Positions 49,311-63,380 of a DNA stretch of 64,000 bases are shown one piece after another (within the stretch, counting starts at the first letter, position 1; each line of letters begins with the position of its first letter). Origin of the DNA: Ascidiella aspersa (lineage: Eukaryota); NCBI GenBank assembly GCA_963924565.1, contig OZ004613.1:10230001-10294000 (forward strand), given 5' to 3'. The notes beneath the pieces were generated by a model. It worked only from the letters and a program-made list of their open reading frames with translations, had not been told where the DNA came from and did no database searches. The translations under genes and the position numbers were made by a program.

Positions 49311-50665
49311 TGAGTGCTGGCGACCATAAGGATGTTTATGCGTGGCGCCACTTGGTAAAGTTATAGGGTGACCCGGGGACAAATGGCTCCATGAATCCTT
49401 AAACTCAAAACGCAAGATTTTATCATGAGTTAGTACCGACTTTTCGGCCGCGGTAATATCTATTTTTATTTGCATTAACAAAAATTTCAAGAACTGAACT
49501 TTTTGTTTGTGTTTTATTGTTTGATTATATTAATGCAGTGTTTTTCAATTTCGTTCGCGGCGTTTCAAATACGAAGCGTAAGCCTAACTGCGAAGCTTTG
49601 GCGACCAATTCGCTTCGCTGTACTTTTTGTCGACGAGCAAACAAAGCATACGACATTATACATAAAGAAGTTTAAATTTAATTAATATATGCCATGTCTT
49701 CGTAATGCTTCCGTCATTATTTACAATAATAGGAGAAAACTTTTTTAGCATTAATCTCAATGTATGTAATAATATAAAACTATAGTGCAGTCGGCGGCTC
49801 AACAAAATCAAACGACCAACATTTTGGGGTCGCGACCTATGGGCTGAGAAACGCTGTATTAAACTAACAACCGCACTTTTAGCTTAGTATATAAATTATA
49901 AATCATGGATAATATTGGTAGTAGACACACTTCACACATATACTGGTCTTCGGTGTTTAGTCCGATTTGCGTCCTTTCCGCTTTGTAAATTTCAATAATC
50001 TTCGCAGAATAAAAATATTCTTCGTAAACACTAACCTTATTAATTCAAAACACACCCAGACTCAGCATCAGAAGAAAAATAACTGTACTAATATTTAGAA
50101 GTTTGTAACATCGTTACGTTGAAAGGGTCGCAAAATTCGCTGCGTGTGCTTTCGAATTTTTTTTCGTAGAAATATCTGGAAGATCATGGGCCTCGTATGC
50201 TTAAAACAACCGTTTCCCGTAAAAAAGCTCACATTTTATAATAATCTACCACGAGTTCAGATGACACAAATGATGTGTATCATATATGAAACAATCACAC
50301 ATATAAAGTACCTTGTAAATCGTTGGAATTATACTTCAAACAAAAAACAAACGCAACAGAAAACAATCTCGCGCTTTATTCGTGTTTGATGCGAAACTCC
50401 AACCGTATATATCCCCATTTCCCATCTATTGCGTATAGTTACACGCAATAAACACAAAACATTTTGAATCAGCAATTCTATTTTCGGCAAATAGTTGGGT
50501 TTTAATTTGCGCCGCATCGCTATATCTGTTATGCTTATCACTCCGAATCGCCCCAGCGTGCCAAATACGCCATTTGGCTGTTGGGGTAGCCTACAGCAAG
50601 AACATGAGACAGAAAGTCGATTGTTTTCGTGTGCCTTAAATGGTAGCCGGTGGAACAATTTAGAT

Positions 50666-51511
50666 CAGGGGTTCTTAGCCTTTTTTGTATGTACCCTTTT
50701 AACAAAGGTGAATATCAGATTTACCACCAATATATAAAATGGTGCTCATTTATTAAAAAACGAAAGTAACAAATTACATCAGTTATTTTAATGCGACAGC
50801 TGCCCTTGATTTTTGGCAACGACAAATGAAGTAACTAAGAGTCAAGAGTTTTGCCAATAAATTTAAAAAAATATTAATTAGCGAAGCATAACGTTACCTA
50901 CACTAGTCTAGAGTCTAGACCATGTTTCTTAAACTGGTGAATGGTTCACCCCAGGGTGAACAAAATTTTTGCAGGGGTGAACCAATCAAAAGGCGCGAAT
51001 AAGGGTGAACCTTCAGAAATGTATGATAGCTCTGTAGTAAATCGACTACTGAACCGGTGTTATTTGGTATTTTTTTTGCATATTGTAATAGTGAAGTTGG
51101 TACACTGAGTGTTTAAGTACTAAATTTGGTGACTGTGTTTTGTGCTTTTGTAGCTTTGTATTTCTGGACCCAAGAAATTGCAGATTTCAAATAGTAAAAC
51201 TTAGCTTGAGTGGATCTCAACAAAAATCGAAACAACATAAATCCTTTGGTGCTGTTATATATAGACGAGATAGTTTTATCATATCATTAGACAAAGGTAA
51301 ATGAAATCTGGAGATCGATTTTTAGGGGTGAACAAAACAACAAAAGTTTAACAAACACTGGTCTAGACTCTAGACGATAAAGACTCAATAGGCTACCACG
51401 CTATAGCTTAAAATTAGCAGTTGATACGAACTAGGAAAATAGGCTACCAATATACCTACAGCTGGCACAATTTTCTGTACGGCCAACTATTTCTCAGGTG
51501 AAGAAAAGCTG
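50666..51511. mobile_element. Outer hAT MITE (host of nested insertion)
   Basis: CAGGGGTTCTTAGCCT / AGGTGAAGAAAAGCTG; perfect TSD ATTTAGAT. Confidence 0.75.
50921..51360. mobile_element. Inner nested hAT MITE
   Basis: CATGTTTCTTAAACT / AGTTTAACAAACACTG; perfect TSD GTCTAGAC; subterminal GGGTGAAC repeats. Confidence 0.85.
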
Positions 51512-51524
51512 ATTTAGATCATCT

Positions 51525-52412
51525 ATTTGAAAGCAGCCTAATTTGTTGTAGTGCAATTTTCCGCTTGGGTGGTGTACGCAAAATAAGAATAAATTTAAAA
51601 ACACAATGGCTACTTTAGCAGTCGGTCTAGTTGATAAAGGTGTTTTAAATGTGGATTCAAAGAGTTAGTCGTCGTTTTTCGTTGCTGTTTAGACCAGTGG
51701 TTCAAAACTTTTTTAAAGGCGAAATTTGATTGTATTTACAAAAAAAATAAGTTATTCAGATAGCACACTGTGGTCTTGCACAAGAATGTGGCATGTGGGC
51801 AGCACATTGAACCTTTCAAACAAAGAAATTGCGAATCTAATAAACCTTATAGTTATTAAGCAGATAGGCATCATGCTATTACCGATCTACGCCTCACTGC
51901 AAATTACACATTTGTCGTGGTAAATTTAAACCTCGGGTTTTGATAAAGTTTATTGATTCTAGGACTAGCTGACATTCTTTTAACGACGATCACCTTCAAT
52001 TGTACATTTGCGTTTTTGATTTAACACCAGCTTTCCCTTTTTTCCATCTATAACCAGTGCCTTATTCACTGTAACACGGTCTGCATTAACATTATAAAAT
52101 GTTCTGATAAAACTAAGTTTTCCATCTTATTTGCCACATGCCGAAGTGAATCACAAAATTTGAGAATGTGATTGTTGAATCACAATACAGGTACGGTACA
52201 GGTTTGTAATAATGGGTTTGATCATACATTTGAAAGCAGCCCAAGTTGTTTTCGTGCAAATTTTCGCTTGGGTAGTGCACACACAAAGTAATTAATTATT
52301 AATATAATAATAGATTAAAAAAAAACAATTGCTATTTTAGCAGTCGGGTCAGTTGGTATAGGCATATGAAGTTTAAATTGGGTCATTGAAAGTCATTGGT
52401 CGTTTCTGTTGA
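51525..52412. repeat. Diverged local direct duplication (~51525-51685 vs ~52228-52412)
   Basis: ATTTGAAAGCAGCC, CGCTTGGGT and TTTAGCAGTCGG..AGTTG are colinear in both copies. Confidence 0.75.
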
Positions 52413-55400
52413 TTTTTCTTTTTTTGGCCAATATATCGCAATCAGAGTTTCAAACTTAACAAAAATGATATATATATATCGATTTTATTGTCCAGCAAAT
52501 TTCTCCTTGTGTTTATTTTATTATTTTAACTTAGATTGGTATAACATTTCGGGACTCTAGTATTTTAATCTATAAAAATCCCGAACACCCAATTTGAAAC
52601 TATCAGTAAGCTAACGTGGTACGGTAATACGAAAAGTCCCATTGTCGTTTTTCTAGTTACTGCAACAAATATTCCATATTGCTTGAGGTGATATCTAAAT
52701 TACATCTGTCGACTGTAACGATTTATACTTGTATTTTCTTAAACCCGTATAGCACCCTATTGATTTTTAAAACGCTGTTCGCATAACATTATATAGCGGT
52801 TAACCACAGGATGTCGTCAGACTGTCCATTTAAATGGTTTAATTTTAAATCGGTCTGTTGATTTAATTGCGCGGTTTCGTGCAAGGGACAATGCCAATTG
52901 CGTATTTGACTGACGCAGGTCGGCGAACAATTTTTAACAACCGCGGCACCGGATAGGGAAAGGGTGTTTTTACCTAACCCTGTGTTTGTCTAGCGGGTTT
53001 GCGTCATTAAACGTTCATGCGACCTTAAGATGGACCTAAGAATATCCATATGGAACATAATCCTGTCTTAAAAACCTTGTATTTTACATTTAATTTCCTC
53101 TTTCAGATTTTTTTCAGCTTTGGTTGTCATAATATAGGCCAGGGTAATCCAGTGACATAAATCGAAAATACCCTGTAATATGAAATTTTTTTTGACAAAT
53201 AAATTTAACTTCGATAAATCCAATACAAGTTGACGCGATTTTCTTTTGGTAACTTTGTGCTCCGAAAAGGCCAAAATTGAAACACTTAATCCATGAACAC
53301 TGCTTTAATTTATTTATATTGTTTCAACAATATCACGACAAATTGCTGGTCAGCATATTGGGTTTTAAAATGAGGATTTATTTCGAGTTCAAAACTTTTT
53401 CTCGCAATCATTTTTGACAAATTAGCGCATATAACATCCTATAGTGCAAACGTTCAGAATTTTGTTTACCATTTCCCTGAAATTACCTTAATCTTCAAAG
53501 TAATTGAGATGTTGGTGTCGATTGTGCTCCAGGCGTTAAACTTTAAGAATAATACAGTTTCAAAAAACTCTGTTAAAACCAGCATTGCTCATTGCGTATT
53601 TCGCTTCAGTGCAGCATCAGGCCCTATAACAAAAAAACACAACACCGTCATCGCAGTGTTGGGGCAACAGCGGCGCGTGAAATCTATTATCTCGCGCTTA
53701 ATTAGCCTTGTGTTTACCAAAGCCGCCCAGGTGCTCTTTCTCATTAGTCCCGCTGTTGCTTCTTGCTAATGCTTGCTGGAAACGCGTTGCTCCGGGCCAG
53801 ATTCCTATGCCAACTTATTTTCAGGCGAGATATCGTTTTAAACCACGCAAAGAGATTGTTGAAATTGTAACTTTAAAGTTGGATAAAATCGCCTGGGAGA
53901 AAAAGTGACATCTTCAGACAGAAAGATGGGTTCTTTCGAAATCCTCGCACGCATGCCAAAAAAATTACTTTACAGTAAAACTCCATGATCTAAAAATATC
54001 ATGAATCCTAATCCTCATGACCCATACTCATTAGTCCTCATGGTCCATATCCGTAACTGTGGTTTCAGTTTTACCACCGGGATATTGGGGTTTAGTGAGA
54101 AGCATAAACTAAAGTAATTAGCAGTCCAAATATCTAATGGGTAAAAAAATGATCACAAACCATTTGGGAAGTGAATCTTAGCCTTCAATGTTGGACTACA
54201 CATCGGCAGGCTGCCTCCAGATATTTACAACACTTTAACGAAGAATTCGATCAGGCCCTTATCTAAGTTGAACCTCGATTTCACACTGTATTGTCGATTT
54301 CGGTGGCCCTAGCATTGCTTATTTGCGATCTACTGGGACAAATCGGCGTAAAACCTCCTAATCGGTCGTCCCCTTGGATATTGCGTCAAGAGCCGCCATT
54401 GTGTTGATGCCCATGAGTTTCCAGGTCACGACTTTCCACGATGTAATTTGCCGTGTAACGCACTGCTTTTATTAACTTTCGCCAATGTGGTTTTCTGTAG
54501 CATTCGCCAGCAGACAATGCTTTCTTTTGTGTAGTCGCACAAGTAGGAATAGCAAGGGGGGTTGTAAGGTAGTCAATTGAGTGTAAGGTGTTCAAAAATA
54601 ATATGAAGTTCTCAATTGGGTATAATTGGATTTAAACGATTGGCTGAGCGTGCGGATTGTTCGCAGTGCTGTGCTGTGTTGTTAACAAATTGATTTTGAA
54701 TTGACCTGCCCAAGTCAATTATTTTACGAAGTCTGAGCGAAGTTCTCTGCAACGAACAAAAATTCCAAGCTAACTATACTGTTACTTTGGATGTTCGAAA
54801 ATATCAATTCAAAACCGATATCCGAAAGTTGTGGAAACGTTACTTGCTGATACAACAGTGTTATCGGCGCTATGGCCCGATACCATATTAATAATGTGAT
54901 TTCAGCCACGATTGGCGATAAACGCAGTGATGTCTAGCTTGAAAAGCAAACTTATCAAAAGTATTATAGGTTAACAACTGCAGGTAATGAAATGTCCTAA
55001 CGTTAAACAAATGTTTGTCTACAAACCTGCAAACCATTAACTTTAACGATTACAATTATGTCTGTTTTGGTTGTTTTATGTAAGAACTTGAGTTTATATC
55101 AGTTTGGACCGCGGTGTTGTCAAAATATCTTCTATTTGTATCGAAATAAAATGTCAGCCATTGGACCTCTAAAATATAGTTGCGATAAAATATTAGGTAA
55201 TCAGGGAAACGTTTAAAAATATCCGAGTTAAGCCAACTACAGATGTGTCGAATTTTGTTTATCATGCACTTGTAATAGTAAAATCCCACTAACACATTTT
55301 ACTTTGTAATTCGCCGAATGTAACATTGTCAGACCTTATAAGAATAAATTTGCAAAATTGGCAACGTAAGGCTTGTCAATGCGACGTTCTATGCAGGACA

Positions 55401-57636
55401 CATTTGCTCAGGTAAATGCGCCCTATCGATTGCCCATAAACGGATAAAGGTAGTAATGGCGCGGCCTTTATTAAAGGTTAGATTGGAGAAATCAAATTAC
55501 GAGACAAGGCATACACGGCAACGTAGAAGAAAATCGGCAAATATCGAATTTTGCGCAAAACGATATAAACGAGAGATTCGTGATTTAGAGCACTGTTTGT
55601 TTTCAACAAAATAAAGAAAGTTCCAAACTTTACCGAATCTTTGCAGAATAAGACTGCTTGTCTCGGCATAGAATTGGTCATTCACGGCATTTATTTACTT
55701 AAAAATACAATGTAAAAAGCGTTCGACCATTCCCAAAAAAAACAACCATTTATGAACAACCATGGATATAAAATCTTTGTCAACTCTATTGGGAGCAGAG
55801 GTTCTTAACCCTTTTCTTAGTACACCCCTTTAAAATCACCAACCAATTCTCGCACCACATTCTATAATTCCTTTAATAACAAAACCATTGTAATTCTATT
55901 TTCATACTAGTAGCTGATAAGACAGTAACACAACAATACCAAAATTTGAGTTAGTTTTACATTTAATAGAGCAAAGAAATAAATTACAGTAATACATATT
56001 CTGTGTTTGATTCAGCGTACCCAGTAGAAAGTTTGTGTGAATCCTTGGAATCAATAAATTAATGTCGTGCCGCTCGTTTCAGCAAAAACAAAGATTTGCC
56101 ATAAAGCGATCGAAAGCGCTTGATGAGTTTTTCTATATAGCTGAATGGATTTCAGGAATATTTTAACTTAATCTAAATCGAGCAACAATACAGAGTCATA
56201 TATAATAATTTCTGTATGCCAAAACAAGGAAAGTAAAATAAATCGCCTTTTTGGTGCGAGCGGAGCTAATGGTAAAAGCCGCCACCCTTGTCTTTCCCGC
56301 GATGGTGCGATTCAATTAACGTCGCCCGAAGATTCGATTATGGGGCGGCATTCCGTCGCTCTTACTCACAAATCAACGTCAGAACATGCATTTCACAAGT
56401 TGCGCAATTGTTCTTCGTCTGCGAAAACGGAAGATGCGATGTTTGGCTTTGACACAAATCAGTTTCGGGACTATTCTGCTGAATGTCGCCGTAGTTCATG
56501 GGTGGCCGAACCTTCGCATTGCATGGCGGCCAAAAATAGGTTGCGCTTTTGTTGCAGAAACTTTTGCCATTCGAAGTAAACACAAACGTTTTAGTGCTGA
56601 AAGAATCTTGCGCTTTCGTGGAAAGGATAGACCAGGGTTGGTCGACCATTTGTATACCAAGAGCATGATTTATTTCTCAAACAAACTGTGTTGCCTAAAA
56701 CAACCACACGATACTTTTAGAAGAAATGAACATCAAGACTGACAACATCAATTTTGCGGCGAGTAAAACAATCATAAAAATTTTTTTAGAAAAGTTTGGT
56801 TTATATAGATAAAATATCGGATAATTTAGAAAAGAAAAGTGCAAGCTCAAAAAACCCTCATTGAAAGTTTCAAAACAAGTTTCAAAACAATAAAATAAAA
56901 CTAACGTTGGAGGACAAAGATCGTCAAATTGTAAACAAATTTTAGTTGTAAAACGCTCACAGGTGTATCGTTTAGCCTCCTAACAGCCGCTGCATATTGC
57001 AGGGCACTTGGATGATTCAGTAAGCAGAAGAGCGCGAGTGAAACAATTGGCGCACCACGGAACGTACGGTGTCGAGCCACCGCGGCTGTCAGATGCTGAT
57101 TCCAGATAGGAGCCGTCGCGTTTATTGAATGCAACACGAAGCAATAAAATGGCACAGCGCGAGTGCCTGAAAGACGCCGGTAAAAAAGTCAGTTAGCTGA
57201 TTAATCAGTCTTTTCCAGTCAATAAAAAGCACACACGTCATCCCTCCGATTGACCGTAAACACTGGCACCGGACTCCAGTCACGTATATTGCTTATCTTT
57301 CCATTCAGCGGTTCACTGTTGTTTGCTGCCTTTGTGTTTTAAGGTTGTTGGAAATCTTGCCTGTACCCAATTCTAAAAATTGTTTAAAAACAATTTTTTA
57401 AGTAAAAAGCAATATTGCAACAAATTAATCTTAGTCCAAGTCTCGGTTTATTTTGTCATTTCCACAAGTAAAGTCCAAGTTATTGTCATTGTTAGTCAAG
57501 TCAAGTGCAGTGTTGTAATGACTCAAGTCAAATACTTGACTTTAATGCACTTAAGTCACTGTTTACCAATGACATGAATTGAGTCTTGGTTAAAATTACT
57601 TAACGTGTCTTTGGTCTTTGGACAAATAACTTAACT

Positions 57637-58475
57637 CAGGGTGGTCCAAACCTAAGCCCGTGGGCTACATGTGCCCGCGAAGCACTGTTGAATTACTGCA
57701 ATGCGTACCTTTAAGGGTTTAATCAAAGAAATATAAGTGACCGACGAACAGCAAGCATGTTCGAATTGTTTGGTTATGTAAAAATTTTCCGGTTACACCA
57801 TTAAATAAACAAGTTTACTATCGCTCACCAATTTCGGATCCATCAGGGGGTGGCAAGAACGCCTTATTTTTGTTATGTGTTAGACCGGTTTGAAAATCGC
57901 AATACGTCCTAAATGGAACTATTTTAAATGGCCGTTTTGCGAGCTTATAAGTTATATTAACATTACATAAAAGTACGATGTACGACCCTATATAAATTAC
58001 TGTTTTTGCTACTGTAAAGTATAAATAAAAGATAAATATATCGCGCTTCTGGAAAGTATTGTTTTTACAGGTTTACACTGTGACTACGGGCTAACGCCCT
58101 GACTCTTTCCTGATGCAATTTTAGAAAAATTGATCTAGTTAAAAAAACATTCTACGCCTATAAAATGCAGTCTTCTAAATTAAAAGTTTTGCCAATTAAT
58201 TTTTTCACGCTTCGCGCGCACCATTTTGCCAGTCTCATTATTAATCGATTTCAATTGCGCACAAGTTCGACGAGAACAGCAAGTTTCTGGAGATTATATG
58301 TCTTCGGACGTTACGTTTTGACGATGCTTTGTGCCGTCATCTTTAAACAATTCATGCCCCGACCAAACGAAAATCATTGATCCGCCCCTGGCACGCATGT
58401 AGCACTTTATGTGGCCCGCAAAGAATATGCAAGTAATATTGTGGCCCGCGATGCTGGCTACCTTGGACCACCCTA
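57637..58475. mobile_element. hAT-like element inserted in a GACTTG/CAAGTC-motif repeat
   Basis: CAGGGTGGTCCAA / TTGGACCACCCTA; TSD ACTTAACT/ACTGAGCT (6/8); GTGGCCCGC subterminal repeats; possible inner element ending GATCCGCCCCTG (~58390). Confidence 0.75.
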
Positions 58476-59896
58476 ACTGAGCTCTATAGTCAGTGAACTA
58501 AATACCTTGGAATGGAATTTATTGTTTTCGTTGAACATTTTTGAATAAAACTTCAGTTATTTATTTTAGTTTTTCCTCATAAACAATTTGCTTAGTGTAT
58601 ATTACGTTTTTTTGTCATTTTGATGTTGAGTTTTTGCTCATACTCGGACTAGTTTACAATTTTATTAATTTAAAGGTTTATACTGTTATGCAATGTCTTG
58701 ACTTGGAAATGACTTGCTCTAATAATAGCTTGATTGAGACTTTATTTGGGCAACTTATAACTTAAACTGCTGGAGCCCAACTGTTGCTTTTTTTGCGTAA
58801 GACTTCAGTTGCACTTAAGTGGTTTAGCAAATGAGGTGACTGGGACTTCAGTCATGTCAAAATGACTTGTTTACAACAGGAGTCATTTGCATGGAAAATA
58901 AATTAAAAAAAATGTTGAATAAATATGTAAATACTGTACATTTTATTCAATTACAAACAATGTTCTACAAAGTTTGGCGCATATTGGTTGGAGGTTGATG
59001 TAAGACGTAATAAGAGTACCAAAGCCCATACAAAAGTGAAGGTATCATTCTGAACGTTTCGAATATCTTTTCATTCATTTTAAACATAGTCCTTTTAAAA
59101 CTTATTTTTATAAAGTAATACCAAAAACTAAATACAAAGCAAAAAGCGCTTTGACCTGTACAAAGTAAGGGAAAATTGTAAACTATTCAAAAAAATTAAT
59201 CTACCTTTAAGTAATTTGTTATATATAAAGTTACTTTTTGCTGCAAAGGCAGGACTCATTTTTGGTGTGTGACAAAGCTTGCCACATTTAATTTAATTAG
59301 GAACCTTTGAAATTCATATCCTTTTACGATAATTCCACATGCTTGCCAAACCTCTTGCTTAAAATTTGCACTCGACATTTTGAGCCGTTATTTAAGGTAT
59401 TCCACTTGTGGTGTATCAACTAATATATTCACATAAGTGTTTTAAAAGGTGATGAAAATATTAATAATTTTTTATTATAAATTATTCAGGCACAAAAGAA
59501 CCAAAGTTGCCAGCACTTCTAAAAAACGAAGGCTATATAGGCATAAAAACGAAAACCCCATGCCGATTTTACCATTAACGTGATTAAGTGTGCCCAGGTT
59601 CTTTTCGATTTATTCGAAAGCATTTCCGACCGTTCGAATGATCAACGACTATCGGACAAGTTCATCTGCGATAAGGTGTCGCTCGCTTCACGCGCCTCCT
59701 AAACCGGGAGGCAGTGAGGAGGAATTTGTTTAGAATATCATCTATCCCGAAACTTTTTTAGTTTGATCGTTGTGACACAAACGTGTGCGCCAAATCTCGA
59801 CGTCCTATCTGTTAGTATAGTTGCCTAGAGATCGCTGCAAACAAATTAGATCGATGTTGGTTAACTAAAATTTCAATCTTGCTTGAATGAAATAAC

Positions 59897-60170
59897 CAGT
59901 GGCGTAGCCAGTCGAACCATTTGTAGGGGGGGCACCAAAATGTTCGAACTTTTTTTAAGGCTTTTGCCATTGTATGAACTGCCGTATCGAACACAAATAT
60001 ATGTTATGTTAGCAAACAGTTTCGAGCAGCAACTGACTGAGTTTTAACGCAATGCTCAAAAACTATTCAACTAGCAAAAACAAAATGACTAAAAGTAGTA
60101 AAACTACATATAATAAGTATAGCAAACGTAATAATAACTAGGACCTCCCCTTCCTCTGGCTACGCCTATG
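59897..60170. mobile_element. MITE with CAGTGGCGTAGCC termini
   Basis: CAGTGGCGTAGCCAG / CTGGCTACGCCTATG; TSD GAAATAAC/GAAACAAC (7/8). Confidence 0.8.
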
Positions 60171-63100
60171 GAAACAACCTTACGCCTATAAAAGCAACTT
60201 TAAAGGGTTTTCATTTCAGTCAATTGTGCTGAAGCCGTGGAAAAATGCAATGATTTAGCAAAGCTGTATAATGGGATGTCTCGAATTGCTTCAAATTCAC
60301 CATCAGATGTTTAATAAATTGGTTTCTGCCTATTATAAAAAATTCTGCAATAATATGTTGATAAGCAGTACATTATAACTTGAAAACAGCGTTAACCGCT
60401 TCGAGTATTAGTGCTATTTGACAAAAAAATAAAACTGTGCAAACGTTCAGATAAGTATGCTGCTTTCAATACAGCACTCTTCCAGATACGCAATATTTAT
60501 ATTTTCTGTCGATTGAAAGTGTCATTTAGTTTGTTCGTTTATCGATGAGAGAAGTCAAAAGTTTCAATGAAATTGTAACAGGTGATCGGGCGTCGTTGGT
60601 GTTCTAGGAAAATTGCAATTACGAAATTCTGTAACCGCCAAAAAAACGTTCAGCAGTAGATTCAGGAGAATTAACCCAAAATAGAAGGCCGATAAAGACT
60701 TCACCGTTTTTGGATTCCGATCGCATCGTTGTTATCAGTGATAAATGACACTACAGCGGGCTGTCACATGAACAGCTGCGTTCGATGTCAAGTTTCCTGT
60801 TTGTATAAATAGAAAATCACAAGTTCGTCGGTTGTACCCATGTTCAAAAAATGACCGTTCTAAGTAGGTCAATGCATGCCCAGTGCTTTTTATGTAACTC
60901 GAATACCGACAACCAATGTTGCAAATAAGTCAGTTTGAAATGACTTGACTCGCAATCGGGTCATTTGTAAATAGTCCAAGTCAAGTGGACTTATTTAAAA
61001 GACATCAGTCAAGCCAACTCATTTTTCAGAAAATATTTCAGTGACTTTAGTTAAGGTTTTGGCGTAAGTAATTAGAACACCAAAATTTTCATCATGCGAT
61101 GTAATCTATTAAATTTTAGTTCTTTTCGAAGCAAAAAGGAACAAATCGTTTGTTATTTTAACACCTAAAGAAACCCAGAAGTTTAAAACACTAAGTTCGA
61201 TCGAATTTGAACATAGTTTAAAATCCAAATCCAAAAATTCGATATAAGCTATCGGATTCAATATTAATTTATCGCTAACCGCGTTGAATCACTATAAAGC
61301 ACTGAACATCCTAAAGCTTGACAATGTGTTGATTAAAGACACATAGTTTAGATTATATTCCTTCCATAGCAATATCTTATAACAAGATTTTGAAAAAGCA
61401 AATCAATTCTTTTATTTTGCAAGATCCCACCAAAGTCACGATTCCTGAAAAGGGAGAAACGTTTGCAAGCGTCTAACTTACACAATCCTTTGCCAGTTCC
61501 ACGTAGCCACCCCCTGTATTGTTGTTGATATTTCGGCGAGGCGCTTGCTGTCAAGTGTAACACACTTGCGGCCTTTCCGTCACGAAACCGCGCCGAACCT
61601 AAGCTAAGGAGGCCCTGGTACTAAGCGCTTGTTCATTTCGCGGTCGCGCTAATATTTTCGTATTTGCGATCAGATAAAAGAGAAAGCGAGCCACGACAAA
61701 CACAATTCGCATCGCCGCCTCGACTTCAAAAGCCGTCCTTTAACGCTGACGAAACTCGTATACCCCGTATAGTAATTGCCGGAGAGCAAGAGTTTCATTA
61801 AACGGTTATTACGAGTTTTACTTTACGAGTGATGCGCAGTACATTCGCCAGCCGGACGTCAATCACGAGAAGGCTCGAAATTTCGATGAAATAAATATGC
61901 ATGAAATAGGCGTAGCGATCGAAATGTAAACCGTACAACCTCGGAAGATAGTTGGATCTTGCTTTATCGACCGTCGGTGTGTGTTGGATTACGTAAAATA
62001 TATCAAGAGGTTGCTTCAGAAAACTTGTAAAGCGAATACCATGAGGTAATCCGAAATCTACTTCAGTGTTTTTCAACCAACAGTTTTGCTGTCATTCAGG
62101 CCCTTTGAGAAGCCATATGTGAATCAAGTCCCGGTTCATGTCACTGTAAAATTTATATAATTCATGTCATAGTAACGTGTCATAAATATTCAATCTTAAA
62201 AATCCAAGTATTATATCATAATTCAACTTGGCATCATAAGAGTTTGTACTAAACATTGACGAAACACATTGAATGATTTTTCGGCTATTTTTTGCTAGCG
62301 AATATACTCCTTATTTCAGTTATACTCCCATTGGTCCCGCCTCTGATTTGTTTGTTGCCCCCCTAATGAAATTACCTCATCCATTACGATGAATGAATAA
62401 ATCGAATAAATCTCGGCAACTTTCAAAAATGTTCGACTAATTGCTTGCGGTTGCCCATTTTCGAAGTTTGGAAAATCCACCTTCTGTAGTCTAATGTGCT
62501 TTTCTTGTTAAGCATCAACATGAAGGAAAGGCCTACCTGGAGATTGGTAAATTTCCAATATGCGAAAAACAGCTTACCTCATATGCCTCAACAATATAGG
62601 GTATAAGTTCAATATATGGATTGAATCGATTCAAATGACACTAATAAACAAAATATACTAGTATTACGACAGTCGGCAGTGAATAGACACAAATAAACAC
62701 CGATGTCACGTAATAGTCAGAAATGTTATCTGATTTGTTCCGTTTAAAACAGTTTTGATATTTTAATTCTGTAAAAAAAGATGAATCTATAGTCGAACGT
62801 ATGGGTTCTTAAACTTTTTAACTGCGCCCCAATTTACACAAAATATCGAAACTCGCGGCCCTCTTTTCCGAATAATATGTTCCATGGACACATAGCCAAA
62901 GTGTTTGCAGTCTGAATTATACTGGCGTGTTTTCGTAATAACGCACACAACGCTTAGTGGAAAGAAGCGCTTAAAATGTTAAACTATGGATTTTTTGTTT
63001 TTTTCGTATCTGTTGTTTTCTTCAGCAAAACGGTATTTGTCAATGTAACTATGTAAATCGGCATATAAAGAACTTTAGAGATGTTTTATACGTCACAATT

Positions 63101-63224
63101 GCCAATTGTTTTGAGATATGTTGCAGACGAATAATTATGCAAATTAGAAATATAATATTAGGTAAAACTAGACGGGGGTGCGGTTGTTGTATATTTTGTC
63201 GGGGGTATATTTTCGGGCTTGGTG

Positions 63225-63380
63225 TTTATTTTATTTTTTTTATTTTTTATTTTTTAATTAATTTTTTTTTCAATTTTTAATATTTTAGATTAAATTTTTA
63301 ATTTTTAGGTTTTAATTTTTAATTTTTAAAAATTTTAATAGGTTTTATTTTATTTTATTTTTTAATTGTTTATTTTATTA
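63225..63380. repeat. T-rich low-complexity tract (TTTTTA-like)
   Basis: Direct reading. Confidence 0.85.
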
